DNA from: a virus
Lineage: Duplodnaviria; Caudoviricetes
Length of the DNA: 64,000 nt
Strand: one strand, 5' to 3'
Virus record (IMG/VR): IMGVR_UViG_3300006903_000002
Span: 1,494-65,493 of that record
Made by a program: the position numbers and the translations under genes. The notes under the pieces are model-generated. The model saw nothing but the letters and a program-made list of their open reading frames with translations. It ran no database searches and was not told the origin of the DNA. Below are positions 9,854 through 20,044 of the stretch, piece by piece; position 1 is the first letter of the stretch; each line of letters opens with the position of its first letter.

Positions 9854-10943
9854 AGTTGTTTCCTACTTCCAATGCCCACGATACAGATATTTGAAATATC
9901 ACTACAATGGGAATGGAATTAGTAGAACGACTTCTACTGGCGCACAAGACCTAGGCACATCCATCCACAAAGGAGTTGCGCTTCTGCTTGAAGGTAAGAT
10001 GGGGAAGGAAGAGGTTGTAAAGTTGTTGTTGGAGGAGTATCGTGCCTCAGTGCCTCCATCCATCCCGCATTACAACATTGTCCTGTGGGAACATCTTACC
10101 TTTCTAGAAGGCATCTTGAGGGTGTTCGCACGATGCAGAATCCCGCAGTTGAATGCTTTGGGCGCAACTCTTGCAGTGGAGCAGGAAAAGACCTTTGCAC
10201 TCAACAATGACATCACTTTTCAATTCCGCGCGGATGCAATCATCCAATGTGAGGATGGAATTGTTGTGGTGGATGTGAAGCCAACCGCCTACGGCGGTTT
10301 CCAATTCGTGAGAGGTTGGGAGAGGAACCATCAAGTCCTGTCGTATGTGAAAGCTGCGGAGACAATATATGACTTAAATGTCTTGGGTGTAAGGATTGAA
10401 GGTTATTTGAAGGGTAAGCGAATGTATGACGCCAAGTTGTTTGGCGGGCAAGTCAAGATACAAAACTCACCCCTATGTTATGTATATGTTAATAATGTTA
10501 GTGGACAGATAGCCCCGGATTATCAGCGGGGTAGTGAGTGGGCAAAGATGCCTCTGTGGGAGACATCTTTGACCCCTAAAGAATACATCGAAGAGTTGTT
10601 GACGGTTGAGCAGTGTGAAAAGTTGTTCCTCGCACCCATTCCGCCAATCGCCCCCAACAGGGAGCGACTAAAAAGATGGGAGCGTCAGACAGTTGCGAAT
10701 GAGTTGCGGATTGAGAAGGCAGCGAGGTTGGTTGAGAGAGTGCGCGTTGGTTGTAGTGAGGAGACATTCCTGAGAGTGTTGGATGAGCAGTTCCCTCAGA
10801 ATCATGACTCATGCTACAAATATGGCGAGGACTATCCGTGTGAGATGGACCAAGTTTGTTTCAATGGACAAGTGGAGAGTGACCCTCTTGCGAGCGGGTT
10901 GTATGAAGAAAGAAGGGAACATCATGAAGATGGAGTTGAATGA
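9834..10943 (+). CDS. PD-(D/E)XK exonuclease (Cas4/RecB-like)
   Basis: YFQCPR, GTSIH, E...RADAI...VDVK, Q..SY, and C-terminal C...CEM..C. Confidence 0.85.
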   Translation: MITNRSKVVSYFQCPRYRYLKYHYNGNGISRTTSTGAQDLGTSIHKGVALLLEGKMGKEEVVKLLLEEYRASVPPSIPHYNIVLWEHLTFLEGILRVFARCRIPQLNALGATLAVEQEKTFALNNDITFQFRADAIIQCEDGIVVVDVKPTAYGGFQFVRGWERNHQVLSYVKAAETIYDLNVLGVRIEGYLKGKRMYDAKLFGGQVKIQNSPLCYVYVNNVSGQIAPDYQRGSEWAKMPLWETSLTPKEYIEELLTVEQCEKLFLAPIPPIAPNRERLKRWERQTVANELRIEKAARLVERVRVGCSEETFLRVLDEQFPQNHDSCYKYGEDYPCEMDQVCFNGQVESDPLASGLYEERREHHEDGVE

Positions 10944-11092
10944 GAAAGAGATTGTGGCGGCGAGTAGTTGTTTGGCACTGGTCTTGTATCAAATGTCAAT
11001 ACACCCGGAGTTGAAATTCAAAGACGAAACCATGTTTACTGATACGGTTGAGTTGTATAAGAAACTGCGCAAGGCGCAAGGAGTAGATTTGT

Positions 11093-11542
11093 ATGAGAGT
11101 ACAGTTAACTGACGGCAGACAGTTTAGAATCAGCTTTAGGCATATCGTTCCTAACAACTTCGTTCCACGGCAGGGAGCTACGGAAGCGCAGTTTGACAGG
11201 TATTATGAGGAGTGTGACAGGCTTGCAGAACGCCTTCGCTTTTATTCCACTACTGTGAGCTTCGACATCTACAGGATTGAGGCACTTTCAGAATGTTTCA
11301 TTCAGGAGGTGATTGAGGGAGTGGCCATCACGAGGGATGCAGACCCAATTGGTGCGGCATTCACAAACTACAAAGACCACTTCGACAAGGAGAAGGGCAG
11401 GAAGATTTCGCTCACTCGCGCACTTCAGCATCTTTTCAAGGACCCAACAATCCGTAAGGAGTTTTGGGACGCATACCACAACAGGTTCCCACAACCAATT
11501 CCGAAGGAGGAAGCAGATGTCGTGGGAAGACAAGAGGATTGA
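11093..11542 (+). CDS. conserved phage hypothetical protein
   Basis: DHFDKEKGRKISLTRAL motif. Confidence 0.7.
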   Translation: MRVQLTDGRQFRISFRHIVPNNFVPRQGATEAQFDRYYEECDRLAERLRFYSTTVSFDIYRIEALSECFIQEVIEGVAITRDADPIGAAFTNYKDHFDKEKGRKISLTRALQHLFKDPTIRKEFWDAYHNRFPQPIPKEEADVVGRQED

Positions 11543-12056
11543 AAGTTTGCCGTCTGTTGGGGTGATTGTGGCGAGGTTCCAAGCACCCCAACTTACAAAC
11601 GGCCATGAAGACTTCATCACGCACGTCATGAAGCACAATGACTATACAATTGTCTTCCTTGGGACATGCCCGGTTGATGAGAGGAATCCGCTGCCCTTTG
11701 CCTTCAGGAGGGCGAGTGTGGAGTCATTCATGAGAGGACTCATCATCCTGCCCTTTGAAGATATGCCAAACGAAGATGAGAAGTGGACAAGGAAGTTGGA
11801 GCAGACAGTTGGCAACATTTTTCCGTTTGACAAATATAACATAACATTCTACGGGGGAAGAGATTCAACCTTCCTGAAGGCATACAAAGAGTTTGGGAAG
11901 TTTAGGCGGGAAGAAGTTGCGGGAGGTATTGAAGTGAGTGCGACGAAGGTGCGGCAAACGATTTTGAAGGACCCTTCATACACTTTGGAATTTCGCGCAG
12001 GCACTATCTATGGCGTGAATCTTGCATTAGGAGGAAAAGATGTTAAGTTCAGATAA
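11517..12056 (+). CDS. NMN adenylyltransferase (NadM/NatV-like cytidylyltransferase fold)
   Basis: VIVARFQ...NGH, RNPLPF, GRDS, SATKVR; SD AAGGAGG; directly upstream of NAMPT. Confidence 0.85.
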   Translation: MSWEDKRIESLPSVGVIVARFQAPQLTNGHEDFITHVMKHNDYTIVFLGTCPVDERNPLPFAFRRASVESFMRGLIILPFEDMPNEDEKWTRKLEQTVGNIFPFDKYNITFYGGRDSTFLKAYKEFGKFRREEVAGGIEVSATKVRQTILKDPSYTLEFRAGTIYGVNLALGGKDVKFR

Positions 12057-13440
12057 CCCCATCCTCAAAACAGACTCCTACAAAGTTAGCCATTACAAGC
12101 AATATCCGCCCCTCACGACGAATGTTTATAGCTACTTTGAGAGTAGAGGGGGCGACTACAAAGAGACAACCTTCTTTGGCCTCCAATACATCATCAAAAA
12201 GCATTTGCTGACTCCCGTGGATGAAGGCCATGTGCACCAAGCGCAGCAGATTGCGAAGGACCATTTCGGCACGGACTTCGTGAACGTGGATGGATGGACG
12301 CGAATCATCAAACATCATGAGGGAAGGTTGCCGCTTTTCATTAAGGCAGTGCCAGAGGGATTGAGTGTGCCGACTGGAAATGTGTTGATGACTGTTGAGA
12401 ACACGGATTCGGAATTGCCGTGGCTTACCAACTATGTCGAAACCATTTTGAGTCAGGTGTGGTATCCCACGACAGTCGCCACCCTCAGTCGGGAGGTGAA
12501 GAAGGTGATTCAACATTATTTGGATTTGACAGGGAATGACCCAAGTGAATTCAAATTGCACGATTTCGGCTACCGTGGGAGCACATCACATGAGAGTGCA
12601 GGCATCGGAGGGGTTGCGCATCTTGTCAACTTCAGGGGCACCGACACACTCTCTTCCATCACCTTCGCGCGGGATTACTACAATTGCAAGATGGGTGGTT
12701 TCAGTATCCCGGCAGCGGAACATTCTACAATTACATCGTGGGGGAAGAAACATGAGATTGACGCCTTCCGTAATATGCTCGAACAGTATCCGAAGGGTCT
12801 TGTGGCGGTTGTTAGCGACTCCTACAATATCTTCGACGCTGCCGACATTAAGTGGGGAGTCGAATTACATGACAAAGTTATGGAGAGGGATGGATGTGTA
12901 GTGATTCGCCCCGACTCAGGTTATCCGCCCCACGTCACCTTGAAGTTGCTTGAAATCCTTGAGAAGCGTTTTGGAGTAACTTACAACAAAAAGGGTTACA
13001 AAGTCCTTGACCCGCATGTGCGCATTATTCAGGGAGACGGCTGTGACCCACAGATGATTAGAGAGATTCTGAAAGTGATGGCCTTCCATTATTGGAGTGC
13101 GGACAACATTGCATTCGGTATGGGGGGCGGGCTACTTCAAAAGGTCAATCGTGACACCTGTAAGTTTGCCTTCAAGTGCTCCTCAGTCATTGTGGACGGG
13201 AAAGAGCGGGATGTGTGGAAGGACCCTATCACAGACCCAAACAAGTGGTCAAAGCGCGGACGACTCGCGCTCATCAACCATGCGCAGCATGGGTATATGA
13301 CGCTTCCTGTGATGGAGTTGCATTCTGAGATTGGAGACGCATACGCGGGAATGCAGGATGTGTTGCACCCGGTTTATAAGAATGGACAGTTGTTGATTGA
13401 TGAGTCACTTGATGTCGTTAGACAGAGGGCACGATTATGA
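12040..13440 (+). CDS. nadV: nicotinamide phosphoribosyltransferase (NAMPT)
   Basis: TDSYKVSH, LHDFGYRG, GTDT, SIPAAEHS, VSDSY, IRPDSG, IIQGDG, FGMGGGLLQ. Confidence 0.97.
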   Translation: MLSSDNPILKTDSYKVSHYKQYPPLTTNVYSYFESRGGDYKETTFFGLQYIIKKHLLTPVDEGHVHQAQQIAKDHFGTDFVNVDGWTRIIKHHEGRLPLFIKAVPEGLSVPTGNVLMTVENTDSELPWLTNYVETILSQVWYPTTVATLSREVKKVIQHYLDLTGNDPSEFKLHDFGYRGSTSHESAGIGGVAHLVNFRGTDTLSSITFARDYYNCKMGGFSIPAAEHSTITSWGKKHEIDAFRNMLEQYPKGLVAVVSDSYNIFDAADIKWGVELHDKVMERDGCVVIRPDSGYPPHVTLKLLEILEKRFGVTYNKKGYKVLDPHVRIIQGDGCDPQMIREILKVMAFHYWSADNIAFGMGGGLLQKVNRDTCKFAFKCSSVIVDGKERDVWKDPITDPNKWSKRGRLALINHAQHGYMTLPVMELHSEIGDAYAGMQDVLHPVYKNGQLLIDESLDVVRQRARL

Positions 13441-13682
13441 GGTTGGATGCAGGAAAGAATGGGGACCCGGTTATTGTTTTGTCGAAGCGCAACCTACAAA
13501 CCCTTCTAATGAAGTTGGAGCGTGAGGGTAGTGCGAGGACGATTGCAAAGCAAATCACAACTTCTAGTGGGATGCAATTTGTGTTATATGTGAGTGCGGA
13601 ACCTGACGACGTTCATTATGCGGGACGCCTGCCGGGAGAGATGCATCCAATTGAAGAGGAGAAATTGAATGCAGATAAGTAA
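13437..13682 (+). CDS. hypothetical protein
   Basis: ATGA overlap; LSKRNL..LL.KL...AEPDDVHY pattern. Confidence 0.7.
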   Translation: MRLDAGKNGDPVIVLSKRNLQTLLMKLEREGSARTIAKQITTSSGMQFVLYVSAEPDDVHYAGRLPGEMHPIEEEKLNADK

Positions 13683-14019
13683 TAGGAGTTGGTTGTTTAG
13701 AATTGCATATTTGTTTAATGACGACTACACTAAAAAGTGTGTCGAACATACAACGTTGTGTGCGTTGTTTTGGAGAACCATCGGAAATATCGTAGCTTGT
13801 GCTCTCGTTGCTACAATAGTGTTCGTGTCGTTGATAACAATTTGGGAACATCTCATGGTGGCTGTTGTGTTATTACTATTTGTAGGTGGTGTGCCTGCCG
13901 TTGTTGTGGGAAGTTTGTGGTTGTTCACACGCATAAGGGGTAGTGGTAGTAGTCCTCTTGTAGAGGCTGCTAGCGGGTTCAAACGCAAGGTGTGCCCAAT
14001 AATTGAGGTAAAGGAGTAG
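13669..14019 (+). CDS. membrane protein
   Basis: Two hydrophobic segments; C-terminal KVCPII. Confidence 0.7.
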   Translation: MQISNRSWLFRIAYLFNDDYTKKCVEHTTLCALFWRTIGNIVACALVATIVFVSLITIWEHLMVAVVLLLFVGGVPAVVVGSLWLFTRIRGSGSSPLVEAASGFKRKVCPIIEVKE

Positions 14020-14023
14020 GAAG

Positions 14024-14518
14024 ATGCGACAATTTTTGAAGGTCCTTAGTGGTTCTATTGTCTTTTTGTTCATTGTTACGTTCATTGTTACTGTGGAGCC
14101 TGTCCGCGCGCAAGCAGGCTGTACCATGCGCCACATCACTCTCGGCCCTCCCGACCAAGGACTGATAGTTCAAGCTGTGCCAAGTGGCGTATCGTGGGAA
14201 ATCTTCTCTCTCGGAACCCTCTATTATGCCTCTTCAGCAGGCAGTGGGAATAGGACTGTCATCCTACGGGCACGTTTGCCAATAGGAGACGTTTATGCCT
14301 TCAGTCCGAATCCATTGAAACCAAGTCCGGGGACGACTGTAGGATTGTCGTGGTCTGCCGGGATGGGACCGGCTATTGCATCTGACGTAGGTGTGGGCGG
14401 TTGGCCCATTGGCCTACAATTGAGTGCGGGTCACATTCTTGAGACGGTTGTAGAGAATCGTCATTTTCTTGATTCGTTTGGCACGTCAATTCTTGTGGTG
14501 CGGGAGTGTCCACAATAA
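14024..14518 (+). CDS. secreted/exported hypothetical protein
   Basis: N-terminal signal-like segment ending VRA-QA; SD AGGAG. Confidence 0.6.
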   Translation: MRQFLKVLSGSIVFLFIVTFIVTVEPVRAQAGCTMRHITLGPPDQGLIVQAVPSGVSWEIFSLGTLYYASSAGSGNRTVILRARLPIGDVYAFSPNPLKPSPGTTVGLSWSAGMGPAIASDVGVGGWPIGLQLSAGHILETVVENRHFLDSFGTSILVVRECPQ

Positions 14519-15549
14519 TGAGCAGTTGGCACACATATCCGACCATCTTCAACCTAGGCCATAGGGCAGTGAAGGACCTTCTCACCGTCCCACATTATAT
14601 TGAGGAGAAGATTGACGGCTCGCAATTTTCCTTCGGTGTCTTCGATTCAGGAGACAAACAAGACGGAAAGCCAGTTTATGAGTTGAGGATTAGGTCAAAA
14701 GGTTGTGTCATGAACGTTGACGCACCCGAAAAGATGTTCTCGAAGGCGGCTGAAAGTGTGAAGGAGAGGTTTCATCTTTTGCATCCCGAGTGGACGTATC
14801 GGGGTGAATATCTTGCTAAACCACATCACAACACACTCGTCTACGACCGCATTCCGAAGGGGCACATCATATTGTTTGATGTGAGCACAAATGAGGAGGA
14901 ATGGCTGAGTCCTCAGGACATGGCAGCAGAGGCTATGAGAATTGGACTAGAGTATGTGCCGTGCCTATATATGGGGGGCCGTGCACAACCATTAGTCAAT
15001 TATGAGAAGATTAGAGAATTACTGAACACCGTAAGTGTGTTGGGTGGGCAAAAAATAGAAGGTATTGTGGTGAAGCAACTTGGTCCACAATACTTGTATG
15101 GCCTCGACCACAAGACGCTCATGGGCAAGTTCGTAAGTGAGCAATTCAAAGAGACTCATGCGGGGGTGTGGAAGGAAGCAAATCCAAATAAAAAGGACAT
15201 CATCGACAAATTGATTGAGGGTCTTGCGACTCCTGCAAGGTGGGCAAAGAGCGTGCAGCACCTTCGAGAGGCAGGACGTTTGGAAAATAGCCCGCGTGAC
15301 ATTAGTATGTTGATTAAAGAGACTCAAGCTGATATTCTAAAAGAAGAGGAAGAGAATATCAAAGACGCCTTATGGAACTACGCGAAGGGGCATGTCATGC
15401 GCGGATGTGTGAGAGGGTTGCCAGAATATTATAAGGAGCTTTTGTTAAAGGAGCAGTTTAATGACAAAGATGCAACAGAATGTAGTGAAGGGACTGGAAA
15501 GAACGAAGAAGTTGCTCAAGACGAAGGGGTGGACGCAGGGGATATATGA
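14518..15549 (+). CDS. RNA ligase (Rnl2-like nucleotidyltransferase)
   Basis: Motif I EEKIDGSQ, motif III RGEY, motif IIIa LFDV, motif IV EGIVVK, motif V KFVSEQFKE. Confidence 0.85.
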   Translation: MSSWHTYPTIFNLGHRAVKDLLTVPHYIEEKIDGSQFSFGVFDSGDKQDGKPVYELRIRSKGCVMNVDAPEKMFSKAAESVKERFHLLHPEWTYRGEYLAKPHHNTLVYDRIPKGHIILFDVSTNEEEWLSPQDMAAEAMRIGLEYVPCLYMGGRAQPLVNYEKIRELLNTVSVLGGQKIEGIVVKQLGPQYLYGLDHKTLMGKFVSEQFKETHAGVWKEANPNKKDIIDKLIEGLATPARWAKSVQHLREAGRLENSPRDISMLIKETQADILKEEEENIKDALWNYAKGHVMRGCVRGLPEYYKELLLKEQFNDKDATECSEGTGKNEEVAQDEGVDAGDI

Positions 15550-15766
15550 GAATCTCGCTGGTGAGCACTGCTTGGTAGGGGCGTTGGAGGAGAGCATTAG
15601 GGAAGGGCGTGTTAGTCATGCCACTTTCGGATGCCTTCAAAAGCTTGTCCCCGAAGGACGTATTATTCACTGGAACGACACAGGTGGTAGGACCAAACGA
15701 CAGGTATTTGCTCTCCTTAATAAGGCAATCAAGTTGGTGAAGAAAGATGCTTCTCTTCTTCGTTAA
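15461..15766 (+). CDS. hypothetical protein (GWTQG...CLVGA family)
   Basis: GWTQG, HCLVGAL, WND...RT. Confidence 0.65.
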   Translation: MTKMQQNVVKGLERTKKLLKTKGWTQGIYENLAGEHCLVGALEESIREGRVSHATFGCLQKLVPEGRIIHWNDTGGRTKRQVFALLNKAIKLVKKDASLLR

Positions 15767-16090
15767 GACAATCAATGGGATTGACTACGACATCGTGTGG
15801 GACGGGACACAGACGCGGAATGGTGGAAGGACGAAGGGAGAGTTGCTTGGGTCCTACGACAGTAGGACGCAGTTTGAGGTTGATGTAAATCGTTTGATGG
15901 CATTTAGAAGGACGTTAATTGAGAGACGTTTGAGGGCAACTTATGACAATTGAGACGCGAGTCGCGTGGATGATGGTTTGTTACTACTGCCTAGGGGCCA
16001 TTCTCGTATCACTTCCGCTACCGCTTTGGCTTATAAGCGGCATTGGTTTTGTATTGGGGTGGTTCGCGGGTGATTTTGCGAGGTTAGCAC

Positions 16091-17026
16091 TTGGCGAATC
16101 GTCTAGAACTGACGTATGGTAAGAGTCAAGCAGGTAAGACTACTTGGTATTTACAACTAGCTGAACACTTCTACACAACAAGAGGGCTAAGGACTCGCGT
16201 CTACTTGGGAGATGGGGGAGGAGAGACGATTGCGAACAGCGGACTCATTGAAGAGGGGGCGGTTGAAGTGTTTCAATTCAACAACCGTGACAATCCCTTC
16301 AGCACCCTGCAATTGTGTTGTGAAGCATATTGGCCGGAAGACATTAGCAACCCCCAATCCAAGCTCATCCAAACGAAAGACTTATCCCCGTATGGGATGT
16401 TTGTGTATGAGGGGTTGAGTGTAGGAAGTGATTATATGATGGGCGACAAGCCGGGAGGACTTTCATATCGTGCAGCGAAAGGGGAAAAAATCGGTCAAGA
16501 TACACCATACGTCGTCAGCGAAGAAGGACTCAAATTCGGCGGAAACCCTCCTAGTCACTTTGGATTTGTCCAACGACGAATTGTTGACCTTATTGAGAGG
16601 ACACGAGGTCTTCAGGTCCCATTCGTTCAGTGGACGGCGCACGAGCGGAAAGCAGAGGACAGTGAATACCAAAAAGGGGTGTTTGAATTTGGCCCTGACG
16701 TTTGTGGACAAGCCCTTACGACTAAGATTGGTGCTTATTTTGGCAACACCATCCACTTACATCAGGTGACGACGAAGAAAAAGAAGAAGGATGCCTTCAC
16801 GCAGAAAGAGGTAGAGATTTTGGTGGTTGAGAGACGTGCCTACACCCGTAGGCATTGTGACCCGGACGCACAAACCTCAATTAAGTATTACGCCAACAAC
16901 AGAATGCCAATGGAGTTTGCTGATGAGATGCCGGAATACATGACTCCACCCAATCCCCTCAAGTTCTACGCTATCCTTGAGAATGCGAAGGGGAAGAAGA
17001 GGATGTTGTTGCAGGGGAGGAAATAG
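16091..17026 (+). CDS. Sak4-like AAA_24 ATPase (single-strand annealing recombinase)
   Basis: Walker A YGKSQAGKT, WTAHE motif; followed by an SSB-like gene. Confidence 0.75.
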   Translation: MANRLELTYGKSQAGKTTWYLQLAEHFYTTRGLRTRVYLGDGGGETIANSGLIEEGAVEVFQFNNRDNPFSTLQLCCEAYWPEDISNPQSKLIQTKDLSPYGMFVYEGLSVGSDYMMGDKPGGLSYRAAKGEKIGQDTPYVVSEEGLKFGGNPPSHFGFVQRRIVDLIERTRGLQVPFVQWTAHERKAEDSEYQKGVFEFGPDVCGQALTTKIGAYFGNTIHLHQVTTKKKKKDAFTQKEVEILVVERRAYTRRHCDPDAQTSIKYYANNRMPMEFADEMPEYMTPPNPLKFYAILENAKGKKRMLLQGRK

Positions 17027-17206
17027 TGATAGTCGTTTACAAGCAAGTTGGGAGTGGATTTCGGATAGAAAGGTGTGATAAGATTGTTTTAGGAAGTGAC
17101 ATTATCACACTGCGGAAGAGAAACGACTTGCGTGCAAATGGATGGGATTCGATTTCGTTGGAGACGAAGGTGTTGGAACAATTTGAAGCAATAGGAGAAA
17201 AAGAAA

Positions 17207-17836
17207 ATGAGTGATTTGAGCGAACTAGAACTGAATGTAGACATAAATGTGGCGAGTCCAGACGACTACATCGACAACACGGCACCACTCTTACCGATAG
17301 GGAGTTACACACTGCGGTTGTTGGATTATGCGTTCGAGCCGTCAAAGACAGAAGGGAAGCCTCCTGCGGTGCTTTTGAAGCAAATTGAAGTGGCAGAAGG
17401 CCCGCTAGCGGGTAGGCGCATTTCATTTCAGCGTGTGTATGCCACACCGTTTACCCGCAAGAATGCGACGACTGGACAGGAAGAGAAGGCAAGTGGGTTG
17501 GCGGACTTTATCCGCAGCGTAGATAGGACGTTCCCAACCGACAACATGACCCTCCCAGATGTGAGGAACTTCCTGAACAAGGTTGTTGACGAACGACTAG
17601 TGTTCCATGCGAAGGCGGACCATGAAGGCTTCGATGCGGACTTCAACAAACACCTTCGTGAACTTGCAGGCATTCCGATGAACGACTATCGTAGTGCGAA
17701 GGCGAAGGAGATTGGGAAGCAAGTCACAATTCGTGGGAAGCAGTTTGAGGGGAAGGGCAGCGTCATCAATCCGCTCAGTGGTAATAAGGTGGAAGCGAGA
17801 GTGAAGCTCACGAACTTCTATCCTAGCAGGGACTAA
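17207..17836 (+). CDS. DUF669-like ssDNA-binding protein
   Basis: PLLPIGSY...SK...EGPLAGRRI pattern next to the Sak4-like ATPase. Confidence 0.65.
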   Translation: MSDLSELELNVDINVASPDDYIDNTAPLLPIGSYTLRLLDYAFEPSKTEGKPPAVLLKQIEVAEGPLAGRRISFQRVYATPFTRKNATTGQEEKASGLADFIRSVDRTFPTDNMTLPDVRNFLNKVVDERLVFHAKADHEGFDADFNKHLRELAGIPMNDYRSAKAKEIGKQVTIRGKQFEGKGSVINPLSGNKVEARVKLTNFYPSRD

Positions 17837-17840
17837 AACG

Positions 17841-17869
17841 GCAGGGGCGACTTGCCCCTGCATTCTTTT
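17841..17869 (+). terminator. intrinsic terminator
   Basis: GCAGGGGC-gactt-GCCCCTGC followed by ATTCTTTT. Confidence 0.75.
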
Positions 17870-17880
17870 GGGAGACAATT

Positions 17881-18096
17881 ATGCACGACCTATTCGAATA
17901 TGGCACGAATCCGCAAGCTGTTTGCGAAGGAATTGCAAACCTGAAGCGTCCTCCTTTGACTGTGGCAGAAAGATTGCAATACAACATTGAGCAGAGTGAG
18001 GCGATGCTCAACAGTATGAAGCGTGCTCAGGAGATTCTCAAAAAGAATCCTGAGATAGAAGAGTTGTTGAACATTCTACGCAATTCAGGGATTTAA
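17881..18096 (+). CDS. hypothetical protein
   Basis: SD GGAG, coiled-coil character. Confidence 0.65.
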   Translation: MHDLFEYGTNPQAVCEGIANLKRPPLTVAERLQYNIEQSEAMLNSMKRAQEILKKNPEIEELLNILRNSGI

Positions 18097-18097
18097 T

Positions 18098-18280
18098 ATG
18101 AAACATGCTCTTCCAAAGATTATTTACATCGTTCGTGAATATGACAAAAACGACAAAAATGCTTCATGGCTGCTGGCATCGGACAATATTGACAATGTGG
18201 ATGATGGCAGTGTTGTTGGGATATATGGGCTGGATGAGGTTAGAAAAGTCAAGTTAACCCGTGAGCTTGTTGGAGAGTAA
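18098..18280 (+). CDS. hypothetical protein; stop codon lies inside tRNA-Pro
   Basis: LPKIIYI...VGIY.L; TAA equals tRNA positions 8-10. Confidence 0.65.
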   Translation: MKHALPKIIYIVREYDKNDKNASWLLASDNIDNVDDGSVVGIYGLDEVRKVKLTRELVGE

Positions 18281-18347
18281 CGGCAGCGGCAAACCACGTT
18301 GTTTTGGAAACAACGAATCGTGGGTTCGAATCCCACCTCTCCAACCA
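18271..18347 (+). tRNA. tRNA-Pro(TGG)
   Basis: TGGAGAG/CTCTCCA-A-CCA; GTTGT TT-TGG-AA ACAAC; GTGGG TTCGAAT CCCAC. Confidence 0.88.
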
Positions 18348-18502
18348 CAAAACAAAAATATGAATACTCCAATCTTAACTTTAGTGCGTGTGCAGTGTAA
18401 GTCTTGTGGACACAAATATAAGGCTCCGAAGGGCACATATTGGCCTATTGCTTGTTTTAAGTGCGGTGGAGATGCAGCACCAAAGAAATGGTTCAAAGAA
18501 AA

Positions 18503-19135
18503 ATGAAAGTCCTTGCAATTAGCGACCTACACGGCTACCTCCCACAAGTAGAAGAGTGTGACCTACTTCTCATCGCAGGCGACTTGTGCCCCGACCATTG
18601 TGGGAGCGGCTGGCCCGACCCACAGGGGCAAAACGACTGGCTCAACAGGAGATTCAAAACGTGGTGGGAAACAGTTCCCACGAAGCAAATTGTAGCTACT
18701 TATGGCAATCATGACTTCTGTGGAGAGGAATTCAACAACTCCAACATCATTGTAGACGGCATTGTCGATACTCCTGCTGGCACCGTTTATGCAACTCCTT
18801 GGAGCGTCAAATTCGGCGTATGGGCGTTCATGAAAACAGATGACGAATTGCGGGCCGTTTACGAGAAAATCCCAACGGGCATCGACATCCTTGTCACGCA
18901 CGGTCCCCCCTTCGGGCATGGGGACAAGACGCATGATGGAGAGCATGTAGGTAGTAAGTCGTTAATGGACACGATTGTGCGAGTGAGGCCGAAGATTGTG
19001 GTTTGTGGTCACATTCATGAGGCATATGGCAAATACCACTTGGGTGACATCCCCGTCTACAATGTGAGTTGTGTGGATTTGCAATACAAACTGGTGCGGG
19101 GAGCAACCTTAATCAAGGAGTTGAGTGATGAGTAA
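18503..19135 (+). CDS. calcineurin-like metallophosphoesterase
   Basis: SDLHG, AGDL, GNHD, THGPP, GHIHE. Confidence 0.93.
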   Translation: MKVLAISDLHGYLPQVEECDLLLIAGDLCPDHCGSGWPDPQGQNDWLNRRFKTWWETVPTKQIVATYGNHDFCGEEFNNSNIIVDGIVDTPAGTVYATPWSVKFGVWAFMKTDDELRAVYEKIPTGIDILVTHGPPFGHGDKTHDGEHVGSKSLMDTIVRVRPKIVVCGHIHEAYGKYHLGDIPVYNVSCVDLQYKLVRGATLIKELSDE

Positions 19136-19877
19136 GTTACACGAATTATTGGCTGTGGAGGGGAATTTGAAGGGTCAAGCGGAGAAAGTGCGGAATGAGT
19201 TGAAAGCAACCTTTCATGGAAAACGTCACTTGTTTGGCGCGAAGGTGGTCACGTTCCATCCGATTGAGGAAGGTAAGCCAAGTGAGACGGAGGAGCAGCT
19301 TGACCTAAACACCACTGTGCCGCAAGAGTTGAAGTGGATTCGAGGCATCATTGGGAATGCCTTAGACGTGAGTTATCAGGTTGCAGAGGGCAACACGAAG
19401 GCAAGGGCAGATATCACGTTAGAAGATGGAACCACTCTGCTAAGTGGGGTTCCTGCAACCGCTTTGCTTGAGCTTGAAAAGAGGGTGAATGAAATTCATG
19501 AGTTGGTCACATCTATTCCGACTCTTGACCCCGCGAAGGGTTTCAAGCAGGACCCAAACAAGGGAAATGATGTATATGTGGCGCGGGACGACACTCGTCA
19601 GAGGACGAAGAAGATTGTGCGGCCCATCGTGTTGTATCCCGCAACCCCTGAGCATCCTGCACAAACACAATTGGTGAGTGAGGATGTTCCAAGCGGACGC
19701 TTGGTGACTCAAGAATGGAGCGGGTTGATTCATCCAGTCGCAAAGGCAGACATGCTTGAGCGTGTTGAAGTCCTTCGTCGTGCGGTGAAGAAGGCCCGCG
19801 CGAAGGCAAACGAAACAGAAGTAAAGGATGTGCAAAGGGTGGGTGATGCGCTTCTCACATACGTCTTTGGAAAATAA
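19128..19877 (+). CDS. conserved phage hypothetical protein (DUF7873-like)
   Basis: KLHELLAVE, VPATALLELEK, IPTLDP, YPATPEHPAQ, WSG, AVKKARAKAN. Confidence 0.75.
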   Translation: MSKLHELLAVEGNLKGQAEKVRNELKATFHGKRHLFGAKVVTFHPIEEGKPSETEEQLDLNTTVPQELKWIRGIIGNALDVSYQVAEGNTKARADITLEDGTTLLSGVPATALLELEKRVNEIHELVTSIPTLDPAKGFKQDPNKGNDVYVARDDTRQRTKKIVRPIVLYPATPEHPAQTQLVSEDVPSGRLVTQEWSGLIHPVAKADMLERVEVLRRAVKKARAKANETEVKDVQRVGDALLTYVFGK

Positions 19878-20044
19878 GGAAGAGTCCTTCAAGTTGGGTG
19901 TGCATCTTGGGCTATTCGGCTTTGCCGTAGCGTGTGGACTCTACAACCTCGGCACATGCCTACATAGCAGGAAAAATGTGAGCGCAGTCATCATCTATGT
20001 TGGGTTGGCTGCCTACGAAGTGTCCCAAATGAACGGTCATTGGA

